A DNA stretch of 64,000 nt from an uncultured Pseudomonadota bacterium. Lineage in GTDB: Bacteria > Oederibacteriota > Muellerivitia > Muellerivitales > Muellerivitaceae. Numbering within the stretch: position 1 is the first letter of the stretch; the number at the start of each line of letters is the position of its first letter. Below are positions 1 to 9,196 of this stretch, piece after piece. A program made the translations under genes and the position numbers. Below the pieces are notes generated by a model. That model was not told the DNA's origin, made no database searches, and was given only the letters and a program-made list of their open reading frames with translations. The stretch lies in assembly GCA_963836235.1 (NCBI GenBank), contig CAWIIP010000005.1:69353-133352 (forward strand). The letters run 5' to 3'.

Positions 1-346
1 CATAGCGATATCGGGCGATTGGCGGTTGATGGCCACGGAAACCCCGCAGGTATCCGCATCCAAGCCGGCCTTGGCGTCGATATAACCGATCTTTCGGATC
101 GTATCCCGGACCACTTGGGTCCAGTTCACCTGGGCTTTGGTGGTGATTTCACCCGCCACCACCACCCAATTGCAAGTTAAAAGCGTTTCACAAGCGACAC
201 GGCTAAAGGGATCCTCTTTCAGGCAAGCGTCTAAAATTCCATCCGATACCGCGTCCGCCACCTTGTCCGGATGGCCTTCGGTTACTGATTCCGACGTGAA
301 AAAAAACTTTTCCTTGCCCAATGGCGAAAGCGCGGCACTCTTCATT
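1..346 (-). CDS. metK: S-adenosylmethionine synthetase, N-terminal part (gene continues past window start)
   Basis: Minus-strand translation from ATG at 344-346 (GGAG RBS at 352-356 on the plus coordinate) reads [41 protein letters not shown]..., which contains the MetK GHPDK motif. The frame stays open to position 1. The ORF track omits it because it runs off the edge. Confidence 0.85.
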
Positions 347-452
347 CCAAATCTCCTTTGAGGGATAAATTAACATCATTAGCTGCTAACGATCAGTGAA
401 GTTATGGCGTGGAGAAAACAATCATCCTTGTTAAAAGATACAGAAAATCATT

Positions 453-492
453 GACGAAAACGAAAGCCCTTATTCCATCTCTGGAAAAGGGC
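453..492 (-). terminator. Putative rho-independent terminator of the ABC transporter operon
   Basis: Perfect hairpin GCCCTT(465-470)/AAGGGC(487-492) with a 16-nt loop. On the minus strand it is followed by TTTCGTTTTCGTC (453-464). It lies 49 nt downstream of the permease stop at 541. Confidence 0.45.
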
Positions 493-540
493 CAATTCAG
501 AAAAGTAATTATAGGTTTTAAAGTCAAAATTTCAAACGAA

Positions 541-1482
541 CTATTTCAATCCCGTGGTCGCGATACCCTGAATAAAGTACCTCTGTCCTACCAAGAAGAT
601 AATCGCAATCGGGATGGATACCAACAAGGATGCCGCCATCAAGAGGTGGTAATCTTGTCCATAGAGCGAAACGAAGTTTTTTAAGCCTAAAGACAGTGTT
701 TTCTTGCTGTTGGAATCCAAATAAATCAGGGGGTTTAGGTAATCCATCCAGTTATAAACGAAGGCAAATACCGCAACGGTCGTAAGGGCTGGTTTACAAA
801 GCGGCAATAGAATCCGCCAATAAACTCCAAAATTACTGCAACCATCGATTTTAGCGGCTTCGTCCATCTCATAGGGAATGCTCATGAAAAACTGCCGCAT
901 CAGAAAAATGTTATAAGCTCCGCCCCCCAGAAAAGCAGGGACAATCAAGGGATAAAAGGTATCGTACCACCCCAAATTCTTAAAAAGTATGAAGGTCGGT
1001 ATCATAGTCACTTGAGCCGGAACCATCATGGTAGCCAGGCACAAAAGAAACAGTGGGCCCCGACCCGGAAAACGAAGACGGGCGAAAGCAAAAGCCACCA
1101 GTGAGGAAGACATTGTTGCCCCCAAGCAACTCAAAACGGAAATCGTGAGGGTATTCACAATATAGGTAGTGAAAGTGATTCCATGGAAAGTGATTCCGAG
1201 GAAACTCCAATCTTCTCCGGAGTACATTCCCGAAATGGTCCAGGCTGTAGGATAATTTTCAAAATGAAGAGGGTTCGGAATCCAAACAGGCGGAACCGAA
1301 AATACATCCGTCCTCGTTTTGAAAGAAGTGGAGAGCATCCAGACAATAGGCAACATCATGATGAAGGACCCAAAGATCAAAAGAGCTGAAACGACAATCT
1401 TAGTGATTTTCTCGGTGCGACGTTTGCTGGCCCAAAAGCCGTCTGGCGCGGCGGTCGGAGAGGCGATGGTTTGTTCGGTCAT
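541..1482 (-). CDS. Carbohydrate ABC transporter permease (MalG/UgpE-like)
   Basis: 313 aa with six predicted TM helices. It carries the EAA-like loop of sugar ABC permeases (AKIDGCSNFGVYWRILLP). It sits in an operon with a second permease and a substrate-binding protein. Confidence 0.85.
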   Translation of the reverse strand: MTEQTIASPTAAPDGFWASKRRTEKITKIVVSALLIFGSFIMMLPIVWMLSTSFKTRTDVFSVPPVWIPNPLHFENYPTAWTISGMYSGEDWSFLGITFHGITFTTYIVNTLTISVLSCLGATMSSSLVAFAFARLRFPGRGPLFLLCLATMMVPAQVTMIPTFILFKNLGWYDTFYPLIVPAFLGGGAYNIFLMRQFFMSIPYEMDEAAKIDGCSNFGVYWRILLPLCKPALTTVAVFAFVYNWMDYLNPLIYLDSNSKKTLSLGLKNFVSLYGQDYHLLMAASLLVSIPIAIIFLVGQRYFIQGIATTGLK

Positions 1483-1489
1483 ATTTTCC

Positions 1490-2401
1490 CTATTTTCTCA
1501 ATTCGCCTTCGTAGTAAACCCACTTGGAATATTTAAATTGAACCCAAGTGGCCAGCATAATCACGATGAATAAAACCCAAGACAAAGCCGAAGCGTAACC
1601 CATTTGGTAATATTTGAAAGCTTTTTGATAAATATAAAGAACCATCACCAAAGTGGAATCCGCCGGGCCGCCCAATCCATCAGTCATAACGTCTACTTGC
1701 GTAAAAATTTGAAAGGAACTGACAATGGAAATGATCAATTGAAAAAACATAACCGGCGAAAGACCAGGCAGGGTAACGGTTAAGAACTGTTGCCAACGAT
1801 TCGCCCCGTCAATTTCAGCGGCTTCATAAAGTGCCGTGGGAATACCCTGGAGTCCGGCCAGATAAATGATCATGCTACCGCCGACTCCCCAAAGACTCAT
1901 GATTACCAGTGCGGGCTTGCTCCAAACCTCGCTAGCCATCCACTTGGGGCAATCCGACATAGGAATGCCTGTCAAAAGGGAAATCATGTAGTTCAAAAGT
2001 CCGGAATCCGCGTTGAAAATCCATTTCCAAAGAACCGCAACGGCCACACCCGCACCCACAACGGACGGAAGATAAAAAAGCGTCCTGTAAAGGCCAATCC
2101 CTTTTACCTTTTGGTTCATCAAGAGGGCCACCACAATGGACAAAACCAATCCAGGAAGAACGGAAAGGATAGTGAAATAGGCCGTATTCCCCATGGCTTT
2201 CCAAAACCGCGGGTCATTGAAAAACATTTCTTTATAGTTGTCTAAACCCACAAACTGGATGGGAGTCAATATGTCCCATTTGCAGAAAGATAGGAAAAAA
2301 GCCGCCAATATGGGCCCACCCATAATAAAAACCATCCAAATCAAAAAAGGTATTAGGAAAATAAAAGCACTAATAGCTTCTTTACGTTCGGCGGATGTCA
2401 T
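1490..2401 (-). CDS. Carbohydrate ABC transporter permease (MalF/UgpA-like)
   Basis: 303 aa, multi-TM, with the conserved permease EAA motif (EAAEIDGANRWQQFLTVTLP). It is 8 nt upstream of the next permease. Confidence 0.85.
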   Translation of the reverse strand: MTSAERKEAISAFIFLIPFLIWMVFIMGGPILAAFFLSFCKWDILTPIQFVGLDNYKEMFFNDPRFWKAMGNTAYFTILSVLPGLVLSIVVALLMNQKVKGIGLYRTLFYLPSVVGAGVAVAVLWKWIFNADSGLLNYMISLLTGIPMSDCPKWMASEVWSKPALVIMSLWGVGGSMIIYLAGLQGIPTALYEAAEIDGANRWQQFLTVTLPGLSPVMFFQLIISIVSSFQIFTQVDVMTDGLGGPADSTLVMVLYIYQKAFKYYQMGYASALSWVLFIVIMLATWVQFKYSKWVYYEGELRK

Positions 2402-2416
2402 TCTTCGTCGGTCTCC

Positions 2417-3709
2417 CTATTGAACTTGCGGCGGATTTTTTTCAAGCAAAGGTTTTAGATTTTCCATGGCTTGTTCGGCCGTTTCCGTTCCGTTCCAAAC
2501 TTTATCCATCTCCGGGTTGATAATGCTGTCGTGGACTTCCAACCAGTTCTTGCACATGGGATTGTATTTCACGTACTTCATGGCTTCCAAAATCATTTTC
2601 TTATTTTTCGGGTCTTGACCATCGAGGAAAATGGGAGAATTTGATACCGACATGATGGCCGGTTGGGCCAGCCCAGTGGCCGCCAGTTTTTTCGCTCCCT
2701 CTTGGCCAGCGATATATTTCACTAAATCCCAAGCCTCTTTCTTGTTGGCCGAGGACTTTAATATCCCATAGCCCGATCCGCCCGAGGAAAATCCTCGGAA
2801 ACCGCTTGGGCTTTTAGGCAACATGACCACATCCCAATTGAGATCCTTGGCTCGGCGGAAGGTGGGGGTCTTCCAGAGCCCCGAGAGGAACATCGCCACG
2901 GTTCCATTCGTGAACATGTCACCCGTGCCCATGCCGCCCATGGCCGTCAACCCCGAAGGCGGAAGCATGACTTTGTATTTGTTAATCAAGTCGGCGCGGA
3001 ATTGGATTCCCTTGAGAGTGTTTGGATCTGTGGCAAAAGTCCACTTAGTGGGATGTTTCACGTCATCGGTAAAACTGCCGCCTGCGTCATAAACCCAGGC
3101 GTCAAAAAGTGGCCAATCTTCCACGTAGCCCCAACGGGTGACCTTGCCGGAAGCATCGGTTTTCATGACTTTCTTGCCAGCGGCCACGAATTGGCTCCAA
3201 TCCCAATCGTCGGCGGGATAAGGAACGCCGGCCTCGTCAAAAGCTTTCTTGTTGTAGTAAACCACTCCAATAGGAGCCGTGTCCCGCGGAATGACATAAG
3301 TTTGGTTATCAACCGTATAACGGTCTATGACCTGGGGATAATAAGCATTCAAGTCCAAATGGTCGGCTTGGATGTAAGGATTCAAGGGCTCCAAAGCCCC
3401 CCGCAAATAAAAGCTGACAAAATTATTGGCTTCCACAAAGATCACATCAGGGGCTTCCCCGCCAGCGATCTGAGTCAAAAGATGCTGAACGTAATCCGGA
3501 AATGCCGTGCGTTCCAAGACGGCGGTGACGCCAGGATGGGATTGGTTGTATTGGTTAATAAGATCAACGAGGATTTGATTTTCTTCGGGAGAACCCCAAG
3601 AAGAAACCCGGATTTTAGTCCCTCCGCCCTTGGAACATCCCGTCAAAACAAAAGTTGTCGCAAGAATCAAACATACAAAACCAGCCAAAACCAACCGAAG
3701 ATTTTTCAT
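2417..3709 (-). CDS. ABC transporter extracellular solute-binding lipoprotein (sugar-binding)
   Basis: Start chosen at ATG 3709, preceded by a GGGAGG RBS. This gives MKNLRLVLAGFVCLILATTFVLTGCSKGG, a lipoprotein signal with a lipobox Cys. The remainder resembles family-1 sugar-binding proteins. The ORF track begins it 57 nt further upstream. Confidence 0.8.
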   Translation of the reverse strand: MKNLRLVLAGFVCLILATTFVLTGCSKGGGTKIRVSSWGSPEENQILVDLINQYNQSHPGVTAVLERTAFPDYVQHLLTQIAGGEAPDVIFVEANNFVSFYLRGALEPLNPYIQADHLDLNAYYPQVIDRYTVDNQTYVIPRDTAPIGVVYYNKKAFDEAGVPYPADDWDWSQFVAAGKKVMKTDASGKVTRWGYVEDWPLFDAWVYDAGGSFTDDVKHPTKWTFATDPNTLKGIQFRADLINKYKVMLPPSGLTAMGGMGTGDMFTNGTVAMFLSGLWKTPTFRRAKDLNWDVVMLPKSPSGFRGFSSGGSGYGILKSSANKKEAWDLVKYIAGQEGAKKLAATGLAQPAIMSVSNSPIFLDGQDPKNKKMILEAMKYVKYNPMCKNWLEVHDSIINPEMDKVWNGTETAEQAMENLKPLLEKNPPQVQ

Positions 3710-4021
3710 GAAACCTCCCAAACAGGTACTGGGTGTCTTTTGTTGGATGAAACGGAAAGGGCTCAAACGGTGTACAGTATGTCATAGCCCCCAATGGTCG
3801 TCAACGAAGAAAACCCCGCCACCTTTATTCGACGAGAATTTTTTTAAAGAAAGCGCTTGCTAATACACGAACTCGGCAAGGTTCCCAATTCCTTCAAAAT
3901 GACCACAAGAAAAAATGAATTTTTCTTTGTGGTTAAGATGGTTAGGTTAGAATTGTTGCTCGGTTTTCCCTGCAATCTTTTACCATTGCTGAAAACCTTC
4001 AATCTTTTAAAGGAAACATCA

Positions 4022-6304
4022 ATGAAAAACCAATTTGTTGCAATGGCATTGTTGCTTTTATCAGCATCATCTTTAGTTGCGACTCAAAGCATTTCTTCTT
4101 CTAGTGCCAAGACACCTGCCAAACCCAAGGCTTCTCCAAGCCGTTCTCCTATCGATGCTAAAGTGAATGCCCTTTTGGCGAAAATGACCTTGGACGAAAA
4201 AATTGGCCAAATGGTTCAGTACGCGCCTTGGAAATCCACCGAAGACAAGATCAAGGGTGAAACAGCCCAAGGACAAGTCGGCTCCCTACTGAATGTATTC
4301 GGGGCGAAGAACGCCAATGAATACCAAAAAATCGCCGTCGATCAAACCCGCCTTCATATCCCTCTCTTGTTTGGTCTTGATGTAATCCACGGTTACAAAA
4401 CCATCTTTCCCATTCCCTTAGCGGAAGACTGCGCGTGGAATCCAGATTTGCTCCAAAAATGCGCTGGCGTGGCTGCCCAGGAAGCCTCTGCGGCAGGCGT
4501 ACGCTGGACTTTTGCTCCCATGGTAGATGTTTCTCGTGAACCCCGGTGGGGCCGCATTTCGGAAGGTTCGGGAGAAGATCCCACGCTAGGTTCGATTCTT
4601 GCCACCGCTCGAGTCCACGGTTTCCAGGGCCAGCATTTAAGTGATCCGGGTTCTATCGCGGCCTGCGCTAAGCATTTCGTGGGTTACGGCGCTCCTGTAG
4701 CCGGTCGGGAATACAACACCACCGACATGTCGGAAGTTACTTTGCGTGAAATCCACTTGCCTCCCTTTAAAGCCGCGGTGGAAGCGGGGGTGGAAACTTT
4801 AATGAGCGGCTTCAATGATCTCAATGGCGTGCCCGCTTCCGGAAACAAACATACTCTTCGAGAGATCCTAAAAGGCGAATGGGGGTTCAAAGGTTTCGTG
4901 GTTTCCGACTGGGCTTCCGTCCAACAACTTGTTACGCATGGGTTCGCGACCGATAACAAGGACGCAACCATGAAAGGAGTTTTAGCGGGCGTTGATATGG
5001 ATATGCAATCCCACGTTTATGGTGATTACATCTCCGAGTTGGTAAAAGAAAAGAAAATTCCCCTACGATTAATAAATGACGCGGTACGCCGCATCCTCAA
5101 GGTGAAATACGAATTGGGGCTTTTCGATAACCCTTATGCCGACGAATCTAAGGAAGCCGACCTCACCCTGACCCAGGCCAATCTCGACCTAGCCCTCCAA
5201 GAAGCGGAGCAATCCATCGTTCTTTTAAAAAACGACAAGAATCTGCTTCCACTTTCGAAGAACCTGAAAGCCATTGCCGTTATTGGATCGCTTGCCAATT
5301 CCAAGCTCGATCCCCTGGGTTCCTGGCATTGTCGCGGCGAAGATGTTTTGGATAAGGTCACCACCGTTCTGGACGGCATCAAGTCCAAGGTTTCGCCTGA
5401 TTGCAAGATCCTTTACGCCCCGGGGGTAGGCGTCACGACGGAAACAACAACCGATAAATCCTTGACCGAAGCGGTTGACACCGCCAAAAAATCTCAAATA
5501 GCCATCGTCGTCGTTGGCGAAACCCAGAACATGAGCGGTGAAGCCGCCGCCCGCACCTCCCTCGATCTACCAGGCCGCCAGGAAGAGATGGTGAAGGCCC
5601 TCCAAGCAACGGGCGTACCAGTAGTCTTGGTCTTGATGAACGGACGCCCCCTCACCATTCCTTGGGAAGCGGAACATCTCCCCGCCATCGTGGAAAGCTG
5701 GTTTTTGGGAACCCAACAGGGGAACGCCTTAGCCAATATTCTTTTCGGCGACACGAATCCTTCCGGCAAGTTAGTGGTAACTTTCCCCCGCAACTTGGGA
5801 CAAGTTCCCATTTACTACGCTCAAATGACCACGGGCCGCCCGAACATCGGGAAGGAAAAATGGGAATCAAGATATATCGATTCTCCCAATAGTCCGCAAT
5901 TTCCTTTCGGCTTCGGCTTAAGCTATACACAGTTTGATTACAGCAACCTGGTTTTAAGCGATAAAACCCTTGGCCTCTCCGGCCTGTTGAAGATCACCGC
6001 CATGGTGAAGAATACGGGCGCCATCAAGGGAAGCGAAATCGTCCAGCTTTATATCCAAGATATCGCGGCTAACATTACCCAACCCATTCGAAAGCTGATG
6101 GATTTCAAACGCCTGACGCTAGAAGCCGGTGAAAGCCAATTGGTGGAGTTTGATCTTCCCGCCTCCAAACTCGGTTATTACAACGAATTGGGAAAATATG
6201 TCGTGGAACCCGGAAAATTCAACCTTTGGGTGGCCAAGGATTCCACCGACAGCGCTTTGACAGACTCCTTCGAATTGACCGGAATTCTTAAAGCCGTCCA
6301 TTAA
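4022..6304 (+). CDS. Secreted glycoside hydrolase family 3 beta-glucosidase (BglX-like)
   Basis: GH3 hallmarks are present: GLDVIHGY, the catalytic-nucleophile region GFKGFVVSDWASV, and a C-terminal fibronectin-like domain. Start chosen at ATG 4022 (AGGAAA RBS), giving the signal peptide MKNQFVAMALLLLSASSLVA. The ORF track extends to 3857, which is probably spurious. Confidence 0.85.
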   Translation: MKNQFVAMALLLLSASSLVATQSISSSSAKTPAKPKASPSRSPIDAKVNALLAKMTLDEKIGQMVQYAPWKSTEDKIKGETAQGQVGSLLNVFGAKNANEYQKIAVDQTRLHIPLLFGLDVIHGYKTIFPIPLAEDCAWNPDLLQKCAGVAAQEASAAGVRWTFAPMVDVSREPRWGRISEGSGEDPTLGSILATARVHGFQGQHLSDPGSIAACAKHFVGYGAPVAGREYNTTDMSEVTLREIHLPPFKAAVEAGVETLMSGFNDLNGVPASGNKHTLREILKGEWGFKGFVVSDWASVQQLVTHGFATDNKDATMKGVLAGVDMDMQSHVYGDYISELVKEKKIPLRLINDAVRRILKVKYELGLFDNPYADESKEADLTLTQANLDLALQEAEQSIVLLKNDKNLLPLSKNLKAIAVIGSLANSKLDPLGSWHCRGEDVLDKVTTVLDGIKSKVSPDCKILYAPGVGVTTETTTDKSLTEAVDTAKKSQIAIVVVGETQNMSGEAAARTSLDLPGRQEEMVKALQATGVPVVLVLMNGRPLTIPWEAEHLPAIVESWFLGTQQGNALANILFGDTNPSGKLVVTFPRNLGQVPIYYAQMTTGRPNIGKEKWESRYIDSPNSPQFPFGFGLSYTQFDYSNLVLSDKTLGLSGLLKITAMVKNTGAIKGSEIVQLYIQDIAANITQPIRKLMDFKRLTLEAGESQLVEFDLPASKLGYYNELGKYVVEPGKFNLWVAKDSTDSALTDSFELTGILKAVH

Positions 6305-6312
6305 GGCTAATT

Positions 6313-7026
6313 ATGGGTTCGGTTAAAAAATGGGATGGTCAGCGCGAAACCCTGGATGATCTTTCCGAAGCCACCCATTACAACGAATGGATTTACAAGA
6401 TACTGAAGCCTTATGTTGGAACCCGCATTTTGGAGATCGGTTGTGGAACCGGAAACCTGACGGGATACCTCCAAAAGCACGGCCCAGTTTTGGCAGTGGA
6501 TTTTCACGCCGGGTATCTTCAGACGGCTCAAAAAAAGCTCAAGTTTCTTTCCGGCATAACTTATAAAAAAATTGATCTCGAAAAAAGTCTGACTTCCTTG
6601 CGCGCCTTTCATCCCGACACTCTCATTTGCGTTAATGTTTTAGAACATCTCTCAAACGATCAGCAAGTTTTAAATCGATGTTTCCGCCTTCTGCCACCCG
6701 GCGGAAGACTTTTATTATTCGTCCCCGCTTTCCAATTTCTTTTCGGCACCATGGACCTAAGTTACGGCCATTTCCGCCGCTATTCCCTTTCGGAGCTGAG
6801 GAATAAGATGGAAAGGACGGGATTCCAAGTCGACTATTGCCGTTACTTAAACTTATTGGGTGTTTTGGGTTGGTGGCTGAACGGAAAAATTCTCAAAAAG
6901 AAAATCATTCCCAAGTCACAGATGCTTCTTTACAACAAAGTAGTCCGGTACTCCTCAAAAATAGAAAAATTTCTTCCAAAACCATTAGGGCTTTCCCTTT
7001 TTTGCGTCGGCCAAAGGCCTAAGTGA
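6313..7026 (+). CDS. Class I SAM-dependent methyltransferase
   Basis: Motif I ILEIGCGTGNLTGYL and a post-I acidic residue. 237 aa. Confidence 0.75.
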   Translation: MGSVKKWDGQRETLDDLSEATHYNEWIYKILKPYVGTRILEIGCGTGNLTGYLQKHGPVLAVDFHAGYLQTAQKKLKFLSGITYKKIDLEKSLTSLRAFHPDTLICVNVLEHLSNDQQVLNRCFRLLPPGGRLLLFVPAFQFLFGTMDLSYGHFRRYSLSELRNKMERTGFQVDYCRYLNLLGVLGWWLNGKILKKKIIPKSQMLLYNKVVRYSSKIEKFLPKPLGLSLFCVGQRPK

Positions 7027-7123
7027 TTCCCTGGAAGAAAATTCGTTTTTATTTGCTCGTTGAATATTAATCTTATACAGTGAGGGCTAGCATTTCCTGA
7101 CATATTACGCGCCTGGAAAAAAA

Positions 7124-7828
7124 ATGGTTTTTCAAAAACCTCGATCCTTATCCATCATTGTTCCCGTTTATAACGAAGAAAAAACCCTTCTCCAACTTTT
7201 AAAAAAAGTCCAGGCGGTTAAACTTTTGGGGCTCAAAAAGCAAATTATTATTGTCAACGACGGCTCTACCGATAAAACTCCCCAAATTCTTAAAACCCTT
7301 AAGATTCCCGGCGGCAAGATCCTCCAACACGATAAAAACCGGGGTAAAGGTGCCGCCATCCGGACGGCCATTCCCCATACCACAGGCGACATCGTTATTA
7401 TTCAGGACGCGGACCTTGAATATGACCCTTCCGACTACAAAACCGTCTTAGCCCCAATTTTGGACGGGTCAGCGGACGTCGTTTACGGTTCCCGCTTCAA
7501 GGGCATCCATCGGGCGTTTCTTTTCTGGCATTACGTTGGAAATAAATTTTTGACCTTTTTGACAAACCTCTTATATGACACTGTTTTGACCGACATGGAA
7601 ACCTGTTACAAAGCCTTCCGAGGTGAAATTATCCGTTCCTTGCGATTACGATCGAATCGTTTTGATTTCGAGCCTGAAGTCACCGCCAAAGTCCTGAAGC
7701 GCGGATGCAAACTTTTCGAGGTCCCGATTTCGTTTCGCGGACGTGGGTTTGAGGAAGGTAAGAAAATCACCTGGCGAGACGGTGTTGTGGCACTATATTG
7801 CCTTATTCGTTACCGCTTCTTGGATTGA
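7124..7828 (+). CDS. GT2 polyprenol-phosphate sugar synthase (Dpm1/GtrB-like, soluble)
   Basis: GT-A motifs: SIIVPVYNEEKTL, DGSTD, and the DxD-type DADLEYDP. 234 aa with no TM helices, as for Dpm1-type dolichol/polyprenol-P-mannose synthases. Confidence 0.8.
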   Translation: MVFQKPRSLSIIVPVYNEEKTLLQLLKKVQAVKLLGLKKQIIIVNDGSTDKTPQILKTLKIPGGKILQHDKNRGKGAAIRTAIPHTTGDIVIIQDADLEYDPSDYKTVLAPILDGSADVVYGSRFKGIHRAFLFWHYVGNKFLTFLTNLLYDTVLTDMETCYKAFRGEIIRSLRLRSNRFDFEPEVTAKVLKRGCKLFEVPISFRGRGFEEGKKITWRDGVVALYCLIRYRFLD

Positions 7829-8028
7829 TCGTCTCCCCCCCATTAGAAGATTTCGAGCCATTTCAAAAGCCCTGAATACAAGGGTTTTGCCTTCTTTTAA
7901 AGGTTCCTAATTTCCCTGTTAAAAAAACCTTTACAAGCTCATTTTGCGGGCAAAAACTCCTGTAAACATGTTATCTTTACTTCTCTTTCGACCGACCGCC
8001 GTGATTCAACTATGGAGCGAGGAAAATC

Positions 8029-9033
8029 ATGCCAAAAATTTCAAGGAAAAAAAGCTCACTCAAAAGCAAATCTGCGGCCAAACGAACCCCGCGCAAAGGA
8101 TCAAGAAAAATATTATTCCTTTTCGTGATTTTGGGATTATTTATATCGGCAGATTTGATTTCGGTACTCTACAACAAATCCAACGAGGCCAAGATAATCA
8201 CCGTTCAGAAAATTCAGGAATTCACCGGTGACAGCCAAGCTTCCGGAGCTTTCAAAGGCTGGGATATTTTAGCCCTTCCAAACGCCATAGCCCTGACGGA
8301 CCAAGGCCAAAGCCGGATTCTCCTATTTGACCGACAGGGAAAATTTCTGAGTAAAATCGACCAAGACCAATCCGGCCCTCCTCCCTTCAAAGAACCTTCC
8401 TGTCTGACCGCCGATTCAAATGGAAATCTTTATGTAATGGATACCTGGAACACCATGATCCGCGGTTTCAACACCAAAGGAGATTCCATCCTCAAGCTTG
8501 ACCTAAGCGCCAAAAGTTTTTATGGTCCCCGGGGTTTGGCTTGGGATAACAACGCTTTCGTAATCGCCGATACCGGCAGTCATCGCGTCGCAAAGGTTTC
8601 ACCGGATGGAACGGTCTCCGGGGCTTGGGGGAGCCGAGGGTCAGGCAAAGTCATGTTTAACAACCCTTATGAAGTCGCCACCGATGGCCACAGTAATTAT
8701 TATGTGGTTGACCGGGATAATAACCGGATCGAAGTTCTTGATTCACAAGGCCGGTTTGTCCGCGAAATTCGCATTGGCGCTCCCCCAACGGCCGAAGCCA
8801 TTGATCCAGAGCGCAAACTGCTTTATGTCTCTTCCATGGACGGACAGTTTGTTAAGGTTTTCGACTTGGATGGCAAATTCATTGGCAGCGTCTCTGAATT
8901 AGGTCAAAAGGGACAGCCCTTGACGGGAATCAACGCCCTCAGTGTTTTCCCGGATGGAGATATTTTGGCCCTTCGTGACGGAAGCCGGGTCCAAATTTAC
9001 CACACTGTTCCCACACCCGAAAAGACACAATAG
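8029..9033 (+). CDS. Membrane-anchored NHL-repeat beta-propeller protein (paralog 1)
   Basis: Lys/Arg-rich N-terminal tail, one TM helix (ILFLFVILGLFISADLISVL), then repeated NHL-like blades (e.g. GNLYVMDTWN, FVIADTGSHRV, YYVVDRDNNRIEV). Paralogous to 28660-29682 and 37619-38641. Confidence 0.7.
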   Translation: MPKISRKKSSLKSKSAAKRTPRKGSRKILFLFVILGLFISADLISVLYNKSNEAKIITVQKIQEFTGDSQASGAFKGWDILALPNAIALTDQGQSRILLFDRQGKFLSKIDQDQSGPPPFKEPSCLTADSNGNLYVMDTWNTMIRGFNTKGDSILKLDLSAKSFYGPRGLAWDNNAFVIADTGSHRVAKVSPDGTVSGAWGSRGSGKVMFNNPYEVATDGHSNYYVVDRDNNRIEVLDSQGRFVREIRIGAPPTAEAIDPERKLLYVSSMDGQFVKVFDLDGKFIGSVSELGQKGQPLTGINALSVFPDGDILALRDGSRVQIYHTVPTPEKTQ

Positions 9034-9196
9034 AGATTCTTAGCATGCTTGTCTTACCCTATGGAAAACCCTTGATCAGAATGTATCTGCCTAAACAATC
9101 TGTACTTTGCATTTTACAAAGTTGTCTATTGAATTCGAAAAGTTTGTTCTTCGATTTTTTTAATTCTTCATTAAATTTATCCCAAGAAAGTACACT

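Noticed and set aside
137-361. 74-aa plus-strand ORF at the window start
   Set aside because: It is antisense to the well-supported metK N-terminus (GHPDK motif on the minus strand) and has no RBS or recognisable domains.
409-684. 91-aa plus-strand ORF overlapping the permease 3' end
   Set aside because: It overlaps the conserved ABC permease on the opposite strand. Its composition is Lys-rich and low-complexity, and the terminator hairpin occupies part of it.
3857-4021. Upstream extension of the GH3 ORF to ATG 3857
   Set aside because: A canonical signal peptide (MKNQFVAMALLLLSASS) with an AGGAAA RBS starts at 4022. The extension adds 55 non-signal residues before it and is probably spurious.
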